A model generated the notes under the pieces. That model made no database searches, was not told the DNA's origin, and worked only from the letters and a program-made list of their open reading frames with translations. Shown here in pieces: positions 1 to 13,371 of a stretch of DNA of 64,000 nucleotides (position 1 is its first letter; each line of letters opens with the position of its first letter). The position numbers and the translations under genes are program-made. This stretch comes from Camelus dromedarius (lineage: Eukaryota). Location of the stretch: the NCBI RefSeq assembly GCF_036321535.1, contig NC_087437.1:41790001-41854000 (forward strand), in the 5' to 3' direction.

Positions 1-99
1 ACAGTTTAGATCTACATTCTGGACTACATCAATCAAAACTGTGAAGTGGAGAGAGACGGTAAGGACAGTAAAAGCCTGAAAGAAAGTTGACATAGGTGA

Positions 100-540
100 C
101 AATTAATAGATACAGTTACATTTCTAACCTTGATAAGCAGAGATAAAAATATTTCAAAGAGCTTTTAATGACAAAAAGATAATCACTAATAGAAAAAAAT
201 GTAATTGTCCCTTCCAAACTATTAGAGAAATAAGAGCTAAGAAAATACAGTTGGTAGAAATATGGCAGAATATAAAAACCATCGCGTCTCAGCCTTTTGG
301 CCAAGATCAAGTGTAGGATATAAAAACTGCTGTACAATATGATCCCCATTTACTATATGTAGATATAATAGGAAAATTTAAAAAAGAAACACCCCCAAAT
401 TATAACTGGTTGTCTCCAACAATCACTATTACAGGCCTAGGGTTTGTGTTCTTATTAATGTGTTTCAACTTTCTAAATATTCTACAATTAGAAAACTATT
501 TTTGTAATTTAAAAAATCAATAAACATTAAATTTTAAAAT
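100..540 (+). mobile_element. Old, degraded L1 (L1ME-like) 3' remnant hosting the U2 retrocopy
   Basis: A-rich sequence with L1ME 3'-like phrases (tacaatatgatccccattt, aagaaacacccccaaattataactggttgtctc). Heavily diverged. Confidence 0.4.
281..316 (+). pseudogene. RNU2: 3'-truncated U2 snRNA retropseudogene (U2 nt 1-36)
   Basis: atcgcgtctcagccttttggccaagatcaagtgtag matches the U2 5' end ATCGCTTCTCGGCCTTTTGGCTAAGATCAAGTGTAG at 33/36. It is flanked by direct repeats agaatataaaaacc (267-280) and aggatataaaaact (315-328), with no poly(A) tail. Confidence 0.93.
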
Positions 541-2744
541 TAATATTCATCTCTCTTTTATCTTGTATGCATTTCCATGGTGCTTTTTTACTACAAAGGA
601 TAAAAGTCAAGTTTTTTAATGCTAATTTTAGCAATTACAGGATTTAAAAAATCTGATTCCACATGTTATTCAAGACTAAACACCTATGAATACTATAAAG
701 GTGTTTCTATTAACATTTCTTACTAAATTGCTTTCTGGAAGTAACATGTTTGTGTAAAATCTTGCCAAAAATAAGAATATTAAAATGTGTTCTGCATTAA
801 GAACAAATCCACATCATAAGTATATTAGAAGTTAACAAGATTTGGAAGTAAAAAAACATGAAACCAGAAGAACTCAGGAAAATGTGCTTGCAACTGTAAA
901 TTCTGTAATTAATTTGCTTTACAAGTTTTTTGGAGAAGCTAGGTCACCAGTTGACAGCTTGGATCTGCTTTTTATTCCGTCAAAACATATAAAAGCATAC
1001 ATTACTTGTGGCCGGATTGTGGTCTAAATATATTTTCCAACCAAATATCCAGTTTTGATATGAAGAAAACTACATAGTCATGTTGTTATTTAATTTTACT
1101 TCAGACATATTTTACTTCTGCCCAGCATAGAACTTGGAATTTTATTTAATTCTTGTTTCCTCAGACTTCTATAGCTTGGGGATACTAACAATTCACGTTA
1201 ATGTTAAGAACTCAAATTCCATTCCATGGACTTCTATCCTACCTTCTGGCAGGACCATCTGCAGGACCTCAGTTGCCTGTGCTTCTCAAGTATTTCTAGA
1301 TGCTCCTGGATGTGCACTGTGTGTGCTCCTAGAGAGGTCTGCCTCTGCTGTTTGCATTTCTGACTATGCTACCACCCTCTGGACACCCACTACATGCCGC
1401 CATGTCTGAGGGTTGCTCTGTCTTCTCCAACAGTGGAGGCAACAAAGCCCTTTGAGTCAAAGGCTTAAAGCTTCAGAGTGTTGTGTTGGGAAGGATGTCT
1501 CATTCCTCTCTTGGCATTGTGCAGCCAGCCAGTTCCCCTCCTGCCTCAGCATCATGTTTTGAAATAGAGCAGCTCCTGGTTTTTATTTCTGATAGTCCTG
1601 CTTTCTTTCTTTGGGGCTCAGATATAAGTCCAGGCCAGGAGTTAAAAGCTAAGTGATAACCACCTCGCTGAACTCAAAATCATCCCTCCCATCCTATTGC
1701 CTAGCTCCTTCTTCTCGTATGGTTGGGTCCCTCCCAGGATGCTTCTCAGCCAACATTTAAGGTTTCTGGTGGTAGATTTTTGGTGGGTTCTTTCTACAAG
1801 TTGGCCAGACATGTCTACTAAGACTCAAGCTGAGACTCCTGTTGCACATATACTCCAAAGAGGCCACATACTGTATGCAAAAAAAAAAAAAAAAGTTTAA
1901 TCTTGGTGTTGAATGAAGTTTATTTTAATGAATTTGTTGTCAGTACAAAAAGATAAATCTGGCCTTTTCAAAGCAGCACATTATTAAGTCATTGATTCAG
2001 TCATTATCAGTCTCAAGAGGTTAAGTGGAATCAGCTGAGGTGGTTGAAATCCCCATAGATCTCTTTTACATTAGGGTAATTCAGGAGAAATTCTTGCTGA
2101 GAATCAAGGGAAAAAAAGCTGTTATTGAGGGACAAGCTTGAAAACTGAGAGAGAAGCTGGTTTCTTCTAGAGAAGTTTTACTTCAGAAGGAGGGTTCCTT
2201 CAGAAAATGAAAACATTGGCTGTGAAGGAACTTAAGGAATCAGCAAGCCACAAATATTCAAGACCTTGTGAGGCTGGGAATAGGCAGGTCCTGTGGTTCG
2301 CTGTACAGTAGTAAGTGATGATGCACTATTAATACATTAATATGGAAAGAGCATGAGGATTTTGAGTAATTAGAAGGTAACTGAAAAGGGATGTAGTTAA
2401 GAGAGAATAGAACTAATTATTTTTTAAAATCCACATACTTCATAATGCCTTGTTTGTTTGTTTAAGGTGTTTTGGGGCCCAAGGCTTCCCTTGCCCTTTC
2501 CAGGAATTTTTTGTTTGTGTTTCTCTATTTTGATACTGCATTTATTTATATTGATAAGAAAGACTACCTAACTAGCCAGGCTACTAAAGTGCATTTTAAT
2601 TCCAGTGTGAATTTATCCCCTGCTATGCTGGTCTTGCAGTCCTACACCAGGCAGCAATTTTCTCCAAAATGGCAACCAATGGAAAACAGATTCCAGAAAG
2701 GAAACCTCAAGCAACTCACAAGAATGGTGACAGAAATAGTTACT

Positions 2745-3630
2745 ACAACCACAATGCGGTATCACCTCACACTTACTAGAATGGTTACTACCAGAAAGAT
2801 AAGAGATAACAAATGTTGGCGTGGATGTGGAAAAACAGGAACCCTGGTGCACTGTTGGTGGGAATGTAACTGGTGCAGTCACTATGGAAAACAGTAGGGA
2901 AGTTCCTCAGAAAACTAAAAATAGAATTTCTGTATGATGCAGCAATCCCACTTTTTGGCACGTAGCCAAAAGACAAAAAATCATTATCTCAAAAAGGTAT
3001 CTGTACCCCTGTATTCATTGCAGCATTATTTACAATAGCCAAGGCATGGAAATAATCTAAGTGTCCATCAATGGATCAATGAATAAAGAAAATGTGGTGT
3101 GTGTGTGTGTGTGTATACACAATAAATGTTATTCAGTCATAAAAAGGAAGGAAATCCTGCCATTTGCAATGACTGAATGAAACTTGAGGGCATCTGGGGC
3201 TAAGTAAAATAAGTCAGATGGAGAAAGACAAACACTGTATGATTTCACATATGTGAAATCTAAAAAAGTCAAATGCACAGAAACAGTAGAATGATGGTTG
3301 CCAGAGGCTGGCAGCTGGGGAAATGGGGAGGTGTTGGTTAAAGGGTACAAACATTCAATTATAAGATGAATAAGTTTTGATGATCTAATGTACAGCATGG
3401 TGACTATAGTTAACAGTACTTCACTGTATGCTTGAAATTTGCTAAGAGGACGAATCTTAAATGTTCTTGCCCCCCCCCCCCCGAAGGTAACTACGAGTGT
3501 GAGGTGATGGAAATATTAACTAATTTCATTGTGGTAATCACTTCACAACATATAAATATATCAAATATTCACACTGTATACCTTAAATCTATACAATATT
3601 AAATGTCAATTTTATCTCAGTAAAGCTGAG
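2745..3630 (+). mobile_element. L1 3' end (L1MA9-like): ORF2 C-terminus plus 3' UTR
   Basis: ORF 2472..2897 ends in TTMRYHLTLTRM...NKCWRGCGKTGTLVHCWWEC, the L1 ORF2p Cys-rich domain. The 3' UTR contains ataagatgaataagttttgatgatctaatgtacagcatggtgactatagtt and ends tatctcagtaaagctg. Confidence 0.93.
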
Positions 3631-3739
3631 AGGAGAGAATATTTTACTATAGTTCCTAGGATAAAAGCTCTCAAAAATATAAGACCTTTTTAATGTTTTG
3701 AGTGAAATACCAAATAACATGTAATTTTAAAATCATATT

Positions 3740-4830
3740 TATTCATTCAAATATCTATTAACATCTGTTTATCTCTGGGCACCATTCTAGACCCTGTACT
3801 TATAGTAAGGTATGAGATACTGCCCAGGGTCTCACAGGGAGCTCACAGTCTCCTGGGGGCTCATGATATGATCCAAGGAGAGTGCCCTTCCTTACTTCAG
3901 CACTCCAAGCTCAGGCTTTCCTTGGGGACTCATCATCCATCCCCAGCTCAGTACATAGCTTCCTCTCATAGTGCTTTTGGACTCCACTCAAATATCACCT
4001 CGCTCCCTGATTCCCACCCACTCACATACCCCCAACGCTATCTAATCAACATTTCACTCTATTTATTTCCTTCAAAGATTTATATCACATTGTTACTGGA
4101 AAATAAATTGTTCACATATTTATTATTTGTCTCCTTCTACTAGAATACAAGCTCCATGAAAGCAGGGTTTTTTCCTGGCTTATTTTGGGTACATGTATTT
4201 CTAGTATCAAGAAGAGTGCCTGGTAAGCACACTATAACAGCATTGCATAAGAGAATGAATGAATGGAAGTTTGATGAATGAATGCAGCAATTAGCTTATT
4301 ACAATCCAATATGATTATCACTATGGTGGAGGAAAGATATGGGTACCTCCTTGCATCTAATAAACTAGGAGTAGTAAACCATCCTAGGAGGAGACAAGGA
4401 TTCCTTCCTAGAGGATGTGGAAACATGAGCTTAAGATAGGGGCCTCATCTGGAACTTCATGAAGCTCCGTATGTCTGAAGATAAAAGGAAGTGAGGAGTG
4501 GGGGGAAGAGTTGGAGAAGGACAAATGAGAAGACAGCAGGGTCCCACTCTGAAAGAACTAGTGAACCCCATTTAGCCTTTATCTTGAGGGAGGTGGGGAG
4601 CAGATAGGCCCTGAAGAATAACAGGTTGTGGCAGGGGGAGGGGGGACAGGAAATGAGGGCAGATCTCCCTTGGAGAATGCTCAACCAGAAGCATTCTGGA
4701 GAATGGGATGGAGAGCTCAGTAAGCCAGGCAACTCAGTAATTCAGGCAAGAAATGATGAAGGACTGAACTAAAACCAGGATTATGGGAACAGGGCAGAGG
4801 GAAGGGTCTGGGGAGACCATCTGGAGCAGA
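3740..4830. mobile_element. Cluster of L2 fragments in both orientations
   Basis: A plus-strand L2 3' end at about 4110-4285 (ctagaatacaagctccatgaaagcaggg...gtgcctgg...gaatgaatgaatg). Minus-strand L2-like sequence at about 3740-3870 and 4290-4830. Confidence 0.65.
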
Positions 4831-5546
4831 GGTCAGGAGTCAAGTTCAATTCCTCTAAAGCAATAGCAGAGGAAGGGGTCAAGTTCAATTCCTCAGATAG
4901 CTATAGTTCCTCAGTCGAGTTCTCCATTTCCCATTAAACAATCCCAAAGGCTGCAGCCATGTTCTTTGAGGACTATGCTGAGGCTGGGGGTGCACCTTCC
5001 AGATTAAAGGCCATATGGTCTGGAGGACAGCCCTGGGGTCAGCCATTCCTGCTGGAGGCAGAAAACTAGGACCAGGTCTTTTTGCTTTGGCTTACAGGTT
5101 AGCTTTACACTGGGCCACGTACATTCTGATACATTGGGTTGGGTAGGATCTCTATCTCCTTGCTAATCAAAATCCCTTTTAGATAAGGATATCTTTTCAC
5201 TCCTACACTATCCAACAAGTACTTGGTGAAGGCCTACAATGTGCTGGGTTCTGGGAACAAAGCCCCCGCCTTCAAGCAATGTATAATTTGTGAAGGAGAC
5301 AAACAAGAAGACAATTAAAATACACTGTGATAAATACTGTAATGGAAGTAAACTCACACAAAAATCACAAAGCAGAGACCCTAAGCCAAAGATGAGTTCA
5401 GGAGGGGTTGTCTTCTATCAGTTAGCGATAAGAATGGCTCCTCAAATAGAAAAACAAATAATTCTAACTGAAGGAAGATAAATACCCATTAACAAAATAA
5501 TAGCTCAGGTATAAATAAACACAGGTGCATCAGAAACATCCACAGA

Positions 5547-5770
5547 TAATAATAAGTGATATTTTTCAATGCATGAAATGTTCCAGGAGCTATGGGTCTT
5601 GTGTATTTTTTTTCTCAGTTCATCTTCATACCAACCTTATTAGGTACCAATACTCTCCTCATTTTACAGGTGAAAAAGCTGAGGTTCAGAAAGGTGAAAT
5701 ACTTGGCCCCAGGCCACACAAGTAGCATTAGAGCTGGGATTCACACTTGGGCAGTCTGAATGCAGAGTTC
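5547..5770 (-). mobile_element. MIR SINE
   Basis: MIR core in reverse: cattttacaggtgaaaaagctgaggttcagaaaggtgaaatacttggcccc...agagctgggattcacac. Confidence 0.85.
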
Positions 5771-7289
5771 CTAATTGGGACGTGGACCTGCCCTCCACAG
5801 TTAGAGCCGTTTGTCTACTGCCCAGTCCTCCACAGTATTTAAGAGACTTGCCCACTGTCCCACATGGTATGGGTGGGGAATTCAACCCAGTTGGCAGAGC
5901 TCCAATGCTTCTGATGTTTGACACAGCCATGTCTTCAGGCTGAATATATAGTCTCTAATGAGAAAAAGAATGAGGAAATACACTATTTGAAAATGCAGAA
6001 AATGCCCTCCATTTTCTTCTCTGTTTCAGTTCTCTAAGGGATAAGCCAAGCCCTGCCTCCTGCCTAAGTACCTTGGTTCCACAGGGAACTCTGTCAGAGG
6101 TTATAAAGCCTGGGTCAGGACAGAGTGAGCTGGTGAGGCTAGCTCATCCCCATCCACTACTTACATCATTGCCCAGAGGGTCCTGAGAAAGCTGGCAGTC
6201 CTGACAGTCCTGGCAGTCATTCTCAATGAACATTTGCCTACAACTGCTATATTATGTTAACATTTAAACGCTTGTTTTTTCAAAAACAAAAATTGAGACT
6301 ATGTTATATTGTTTATGAAAAACTGAAAGGTTAGCTAAAATTTACACTGATCCTTCAATATTTGCACCTCACCATCCCAAGAGCTGGCAGTCTTAGTAAT
6401 AGAGTTCCCATTACCATTGATAGTCACATTTCACCAGCTCCCTCCAGTACAACTGCAAGACCTGATTTTTCCCCCTCCTAAAGGGGGCCCCAAGTTACTT
6501 TTGTGGGTGTCTGGGGTGTCTCACCTCGTCTCTTGCTGCTCCCCTCAAGGCACAAATTTGCTGGGCTCCCTTTAAGCCTTCCTCTACAAGAAGGCTGGCT
6601 CTTCTCCATCCAAATTAGGAGATACGTTTCCCACACCTCTCCCTTACACCTTTCCAGCTGGGCCCCAGAGAGCATTGCTTGTGTTTTGAGTCTCAAGAAG
6701 TTGCTTGTGAAAACAATACCCCCAGAGTCTGCTCCGAGCCGTTTTCCTCCATGGACCTCAGGGTGGAAAGAGATCTTAAGATTCATACCCCTGTTCATCT
6801 TCCTCCTCTCCCTCCCAGGTACTTGCACTGAGGAGACTCTTCCCCTCATGCTCACCAAGTAGCCCAAAATGGGGCCTTGCTCAACTTGGGGGCCCGGTCT
6901 ACCAGTTCACACAACCCAGTTTAAACACTGGCCTTGGCCCAGATGCTACCTTCTCTAATAAACACAGTCACATAAAAATTATTGAGAAGATACTGAGTTA
7001 TCTCTGGTAAGAGTAAGGCTGTCTTGCAGTGAGAAAGAAAAGTGAGGTAATATATATGTACGTATTTTATGGATATATATGTATGTATATCCATAAAATC
7101 TCATTTGCAAACTTGCCTAAGCATTGCTCTTTCTCATTCAGAAAATAGGCCCCAAGAAAGCAGCTTTCTCTGCCTGTTGGAGACTTTGGTACATGCTGGG
7201 AAGCTGGGTAGACTGACGTAGAGAGGATACCACGGCCCAGGTAGTTACAGAGCCTGCCGGGTTGTTGGTGGGACCCCAACAGGCAGAAC

Positions 7290-7440
7290 AGGAAGCCAAG
7301 AGTCCATCATTTACACTGTAACCTGAGCAAGACTGAACATCTGAGCCTTATATTTGTTTTTAAGCTAAAATAGGGATAATTATACCATCTCAGCAGGGTT
7401 GTTTGGGTTCAACATAATTATATTTTGTAAACTGCACAAG
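7290..7440 (+). mobile_element. MIR SINE fragment
   Basis: ctgtaacctgagcaag...ctgagcctt...taaaatagggataattataccatctcagcagggttgt. Confidence 0.7.
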
Positions 7441-10149
7441 CCAAAAATACTAGTTTTTTTTTTTTTTTTTTAATATTGCAAGGAAGAGCTAGAGCAGAAG
7501 TTTGGATGGGAGCAAAGGTAGAGAAAGGGGAAGAGGGCAGGAGGTTGAGATGAGGAGAGTGGTCTCTAAAGATTATGGGACACATGGGGGTAGCAGGCCC
7601 GGGGGAGGGACCTCAGGAGAGAGGAAAAGGTGCTGGGAGGGAAGACAAAAGGAGGCAAAAGGGGTCAAAGACACTATCTACCAAGACTGAGACATTCTGA
7701 AGAGTCCTAGATGCTCTTCCCAGTGTTCCACTGCCATCTCTGGCTTGACATGAGAGGTAGTTTGGGCTGGCACACTGCAGAAGCCCGGGGTCTGGTAGCA
7801 TGAACCAGCGCCACTCAGACTTCTAGCCTGACATTCTGTGGGGTGTGTACACATGTGTGTGCACCTGTCTTACAGGTGCAGGCCTCAACCCCAAGTCCCA
7901 GCTACACAAAACTGACAACGTGGAGGCTCCCCAGTCACCTCTAATTGCTGAGCTTTTGTTAGTACTGCTGGGGTAATACTAAAATGTTCCATTTTCAAGG
8001 GCCAGTGTGATCCTGGCAAGAGACCCAGGTAGTAGTTTGAGGAGATGGTCATGAAGCCTGGTAATAAAAACAAATTGTTTTGAAGGAATAGTTAAAAGTA
8101 TGTATTGGCAGGAATTGAATAGTCAAGGTAATGGATTTCATTAATTATGAGAATATTCCTTTAAGACAATGTAATAAATGCTTCCGTGGAAGTTTCTGGT
8201 TGAAGCACTGGGCCCCACCTCAGGAAGGATTTACTTGTGTAGTTGCAAGAGAGGGCAGAGTGATTGGCACACTCTCAGACTCCAGGTACAACTCTTGTCT
8301 CTGACTGATAAGGCAACAGCTGATATCCAGAAGCCTCCGTATGAGAAGTGGTATTGCCCCAAAAGTGGGGAAAATCCTCCTGACAGTCTTGAATTCCAGT
8401 GATGGTGGTGTGGCTCTAAGGGATTCCAGGTGAGACCATTCTCACAGTCAGAAAGCAGACAATGCAGAGGAAGAGCTGTCTGATCTCCATCCTTCCCTTC
8501 TGCCCCACGTGAAGAGTCATTTACTCTGTGTGGGGAAAATGTTTCACACCCCCCTTGAAGAAGCAGGAATAAAGAGGAGCGGGTAGCAGCAAGAAGGAGG
8601 GCACGTGCTTGAATGTCTGTCTTTGTCACTGAATCACTGCCTTAGGCATCCCTGAATGTTGGAGCAAGACCTCAGGTTTTAACACAAAAAAATCCTTGAA
8701 TGAAACACCACAATATCCAGCCTCCCCACCCTACCCCCCCAGGTCAGTTAACATTTTAAGGAAACTTCAAGGTGAGTATAATCCTGACTATAAAGGAAAG
8801 AACCAAGAATGGTTGAATCTTAGGCACCCAGACAGGCAGTCTGAGAAATTTTGGGATGATTTCCCTACCTCCTGTCACACCGCAGGCCAACTCCCTGACA
8901 CTCAGAACTGGCCTCTGTGCATAGAAATGTACGTCTAGTGTGTAGCGGGAAGTTTGCTTTGGCTGGCCTTGGAGGGATCCATTTGTCTAGGGAGGTTTGC
9001 ATGGCCCATGAAGGCACTGCCTCCCTTGCCATCTTAGCAGCTTTAAGAGGGTGGAGTATTTTTCTTTGAGGCCAAGGTTGGCGCAGAAAACTTCCTCACT
9101 GAAATTTTCTGCCAGGCTGGGTTGCTTTTCTTGCATAATTCCACCCCTGACTCTCACCCCTCCACCCTACCCCTAACTCCCCCAGCTAGCTTTTGGTCAA
9201 AGTTCTGAGATTTTGACATATGTTTGTGGGGTTGTATCTGTTCCTTTCTGATGCAGTAGATGCAAAGATATGCTTTCTCTTGGGTGAAATTTACAAGCAC
9301 GTTTTCCTCCTTGACAGGAACAAAGAGCCACAAATATTTCCTAAGGGGAGAAAAAAGCTTCCAGATGCAGGACTCCAAATGTGAAGGGTTTTTTCCCCTC
9401 CCTTCTTCCTTTGGCATTTTTAAAGCTTAATAATTACACTGGACATATTTATCCAGAAGAAAGCCCACAGTTTTCATCCTAACAGGGACTTCACTGAAGT
9501 CTCCAAGTTACAAATACATCTGCATCTCTGTTGCTTGGCATTGATCTCTTTCTTAAAGCAGTCACCACTGCGGTCTCGAGTTTCAACCCCGTCTATAGAC
9601 GGAAGAAGATAGACGACCCTTCTTTCCTCTCACTTTTCTTAGCCCTGGTGGCACAGACTGCAGATTAATTAAAGGAGGGAAAAAAACACTTCTAAACTCT
9701 TGAACCATTAGTGAACTACTTTTAAATTATCTCCAGTTTAAGGGTTACTGAGTAGAGAATTACAAATGTCAAGAAGACCTTTCAACAAACTTTCACAATC
9801 TGTATCATATTTTTGTATTTTTTAAACTAATTAAAACATTCTAATTGGTATAATTTTGTATTTTTAGTTTGTAAGACCTACAATCTAAAAATTTTCTCTC
9901 ACCATGATCAGAATAATTGTGGGAGATATTTAGCTCACATGTGGAAAATCACTACCACCCACAATTTTTAAAAAGGTTTTGAGGAAATAAGCAACTTTTA
10001 TTTGATTAGAAAAACATTTCTCTCTTAAGTGTTGGCAAAGAATACACTAAGTCCTAAGAAACATCTTTGGTTAGATATCTTACCTTTACTTATAAGCAAT
10101 CATGGAGACATTTTATGCAGGTAAATGGCTTTAGCCCATTTTTATCCTA

Positions 10150-10275
10150 CCCAGGATGAAATTAAGGTGCCTATGAATCAGATTCAGCAGGTCTTGGGCT
10201 AGAGCAATATTCCACATCTCTAATAAGCTCTCAGGAGATGCTGATGCTGCAGGTCCACAGAGCACACTGTGCAGA
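10150..10275. mobile_element. MER5A-like hAT MITE fragment
   Basis: gattcagcaggtcttgggctagag...tctaataagctctcaggagatgctgatgctgcaggtccacagagcacact. Confidence 0.75.
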
Positions 10276-10614
10276 GAGGACGTAGAGGACAGTACATCTT
10301 CCTATCCCTAAGCCACCATTCAAAGGTGAGATGTGGATACTGGCATCATGCTGCCCCAGGAATGCCAAGGGAGGGCTGTTCCCTTCAGAGACTCACTTGG
10401 TAGGTTCTTACAATAGGGTGAAACGTATTTTAATCTGTGCTATTAAAAAATTAAGTGAATCCCTCTTAAATTCAAAGCCCTAAGTTAACCACTGTATAAC
10501 ATATAATACTGCATAATATAAATACAATGATCTTAATTTTATCTTCTGTGCTCTGATTATCATCTCTTTAAGGACTAAAAAGTTCTCCATTGCTGTTTCT
10601 CCCCCATCCTCCCA

Positions 10615-10830
10615 CCACTTTTCATTTTGAAATTTTTCAAACCTACTGAAAACTTGAAAGACTAAAATAACAATTTTAAACCTAGATTTACCAATCCTTA
10701 ACATGCTGCCATACTCTCTCTCTCTGTGCGCACACACACACCCGTATATACGATAAATACTTACTTAGCTTATTTTAATGTTTGTGGCCAAATTGTTTGA
10801 AAATAAGTTGCAGATCTCCATAACTTTTTT
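10615..10830 (-). mobile_element. Old L1 (L1MC/L1ME) 3' fragment
   Basis: ttcattttgaaatttttcaaacctactgaaaacttgaaag...cctagatttaccaat...tttgaaaataagttgcaga. Confidence 0.65.
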
Positions 10831-13371
10831 TCATGTTGCTATTGTTTGTCTCCATTGACTGGCCCAGCTACAGACTAACTTGTTAACCTAGAGCTCAGTG
10901 TGTGCAGGAAACCAAGGCAGCTTGGAGTTTCCCAGACTTTCTAGGAACAGGTTTACAGAGGAGAAAGCAGATGGTGGAAACCTTTGTTCTACCTTAAAAA
11001 ATCTTCAGCAGGTCACCCTTAGGTTCTATCCAGTTACCTCGCTGTATACTGTCTTTAAGAAGCTATGGAATAGTCGCACTGGAGACCACCAGAAATAGGG
11101 ACTGTAACATGGGAATAACTTACTGCGCCAAACCAAATAAATACAAATGGATGGTGAGTTTGTTTCTTTCTCTGTGAGTTAATTATAGTTAATGAATTTT
11201 TGGATCTGTGCTATGAAAGACAGACAATCAGTCTTATTCCATTATGATTAAAATAATTGCCTCTGGAAACATTTTGTGGCATTACAAAAGGGATGCATTT
11301 ATGCTTGTTTCATCTGTATGTACCTGACTTCATCTTTTTATTCTAAAATGATCAGAAACTAGTTCCTCTCATAAGGTCTCTGCATTATTCTGAAGGTTTC
11401 CCAGAAAATACCCCATGTATTTTGCTGACCAAGTCTAACTGGTGCTTCTAGTCTAGCCTCCCCATCTTGCCATCATGCTGCTGCCTCTGTGGCTGATGAC
11501 CTGAGGAAGAAGCCCACACACACTGTGATCCCCTTACTACCAGCCCCTCTCTGTACCACCTCCCCCTCCATCTCTCTCTGTAATACTGCTGAGCCCTCAT
11601 CTCTTCCTGGCTCTTCAGTGTCCTACAGCACAAATGAGACCAGGCTGTAACTTTCAGAGAGACCCTGGGGAAGGCATGGGGCTCGTAGAAATGCAACATA
11701 CATAACAAATACATTATTTACAACAACCACTAGCGCTGCAGTGTTCACATTCAGAGACCTAAATCCTACCTCAGCATCTTTAACTCCCAGTGGTTCCCCT
11801 GTGGTGTGGAATATCTGAGCCCCTGCCTCCTGGAAATCCAAGCTCAACTGTCCCTCAGCCCCATAAAAGAGAGTCCTTCCCTACAAGGCCGGCCCCACAT
11901 CCTGCTCAGGACTGACCTCAGTCCAGGATGAATGGCAGTGGTTGTATCATTCTCTTCAGGAGAATGTGTGTCCTGTTCCTGGGTATGAACTGGCTCCCTG
12001 GCCAGTAAATCAGTCACAAGAGTTATCAGGATATTTCTCCAAGTCCAACATGTGGGCTGGACCAAGTCCATTTCAGTTCCTTTTCATGTTTTTGGTTTTG
12101 TTTTCTCCAGCATAGATTAGGTCAGCTTAGCCTTCTTGACATGGTCCAATCTTGATTCCATATCTGTAGTCACTGCAAAAATAAGAAAATAACAATTTAT
12201 GAATAAATACTTATTTTTCAGACAGAGAAGAGTCTACATTCAGATATTGGTTAAAAAAAAAAAAAAAAACAACTCAAAAGACACAGATAGAATCTTACTG
12301 ATACACCCAATTTATACTCCAAAGCAGAACATTTAACTGCCCTTGCTCAAGCACCTGTGCTGGGGTTATTTCCTTCATTCATTTCTTCCCTGAGGGCAAA
12401 AAATAGCTTGATTAAAAAGGATCACAAAATCCGGTTTCCATCCCATAATGCAGAAACCACATGCCACCTCCAAAACAGCAGCCTGGTTATTCAAGAACCT
12501 AACTGTCCCCTCTGAGCTCTTTGTTGCATTTATGTAAAGTTATTCCAGTGCTCTGGAACAGTCTGCAATGTCTGCTTCCTAAATTCCACTGCTCAGAATT
12601 GGTATATGGTCATAGATTCTGTATCTCAGAATGGATTTTAAAGAAACTGCCAGAAAAGAAACACATTTCAAATTTTAAAAAGCAACACTTCTTTTTTCTT
12701 CTTGTTTGTTTAAGAAAACCACATGGAGGCCAAATAGTTAAGAACACCAATGACAAAAATCTTGGGAAAATTTTTTTAATACAGAGATATTTTAGAAGTA
12801 GATAAAAAATATCTTACACACAAAAACCTGTCATGATGATGTAGAATCTGAAACTTATAAAACTTGAAAAGTGCTTTTCTGTTTTTCCTCAATGGGATTT
12901 CAAATTATAAGCTAAAAGATTCAAAGTTTGAAGAGTGCCAGATCCTTTTTATGTTGGATTTTTACATATTGCTAGAGGAAAACGACACTAAAGTTCCAGC
13001 TCTGCCTTATTAATAAGAATGGATGTCAGGATACCTTGATGATGCTTTCTTTGCAGCTGACTTGAACAACACAGTAGCATAGTGGTTTATAAGTCTGGGA
13101 TAAAGTAAGACAGTTTATTAATGAATGGCTTAACAGCAACTGCTTGGCTAACTGCTTTGTAGAATTCATTGAGTTCCACTAAATGGAAAGGAGTGTTTTT
13201 ATTTTGTTTATCATGGCCAAACCAGGCCTCTAGTGCTGCTAAGGCAGCTGTCATGGTCTGTTGGCCCTAACTCTAGCCCCTATCTGTGAAAGAGGACACT
13301 AGCTTGATCATTTTTCAGCTAACTGGCAGCAAGCAACTGGTCAAAGCTGTAAAATGCAGATACTTCTGAAG

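Noticed and set aside
6192..6218. ctg(g/a)cagtc repeated three times
   Set aside because: A short slippage repeat without spacers; not CRISPR-like and with no evident function.
6478..6867. Overlapping antisense ORFs of 129 and 119 aa, and a lone CArG CCAAATTAGG at 6610-6619
   Set aside because: No recognisable domain, non-ATG starts and no convincing splice context. A single CArG is expected by chance in 64 kb.
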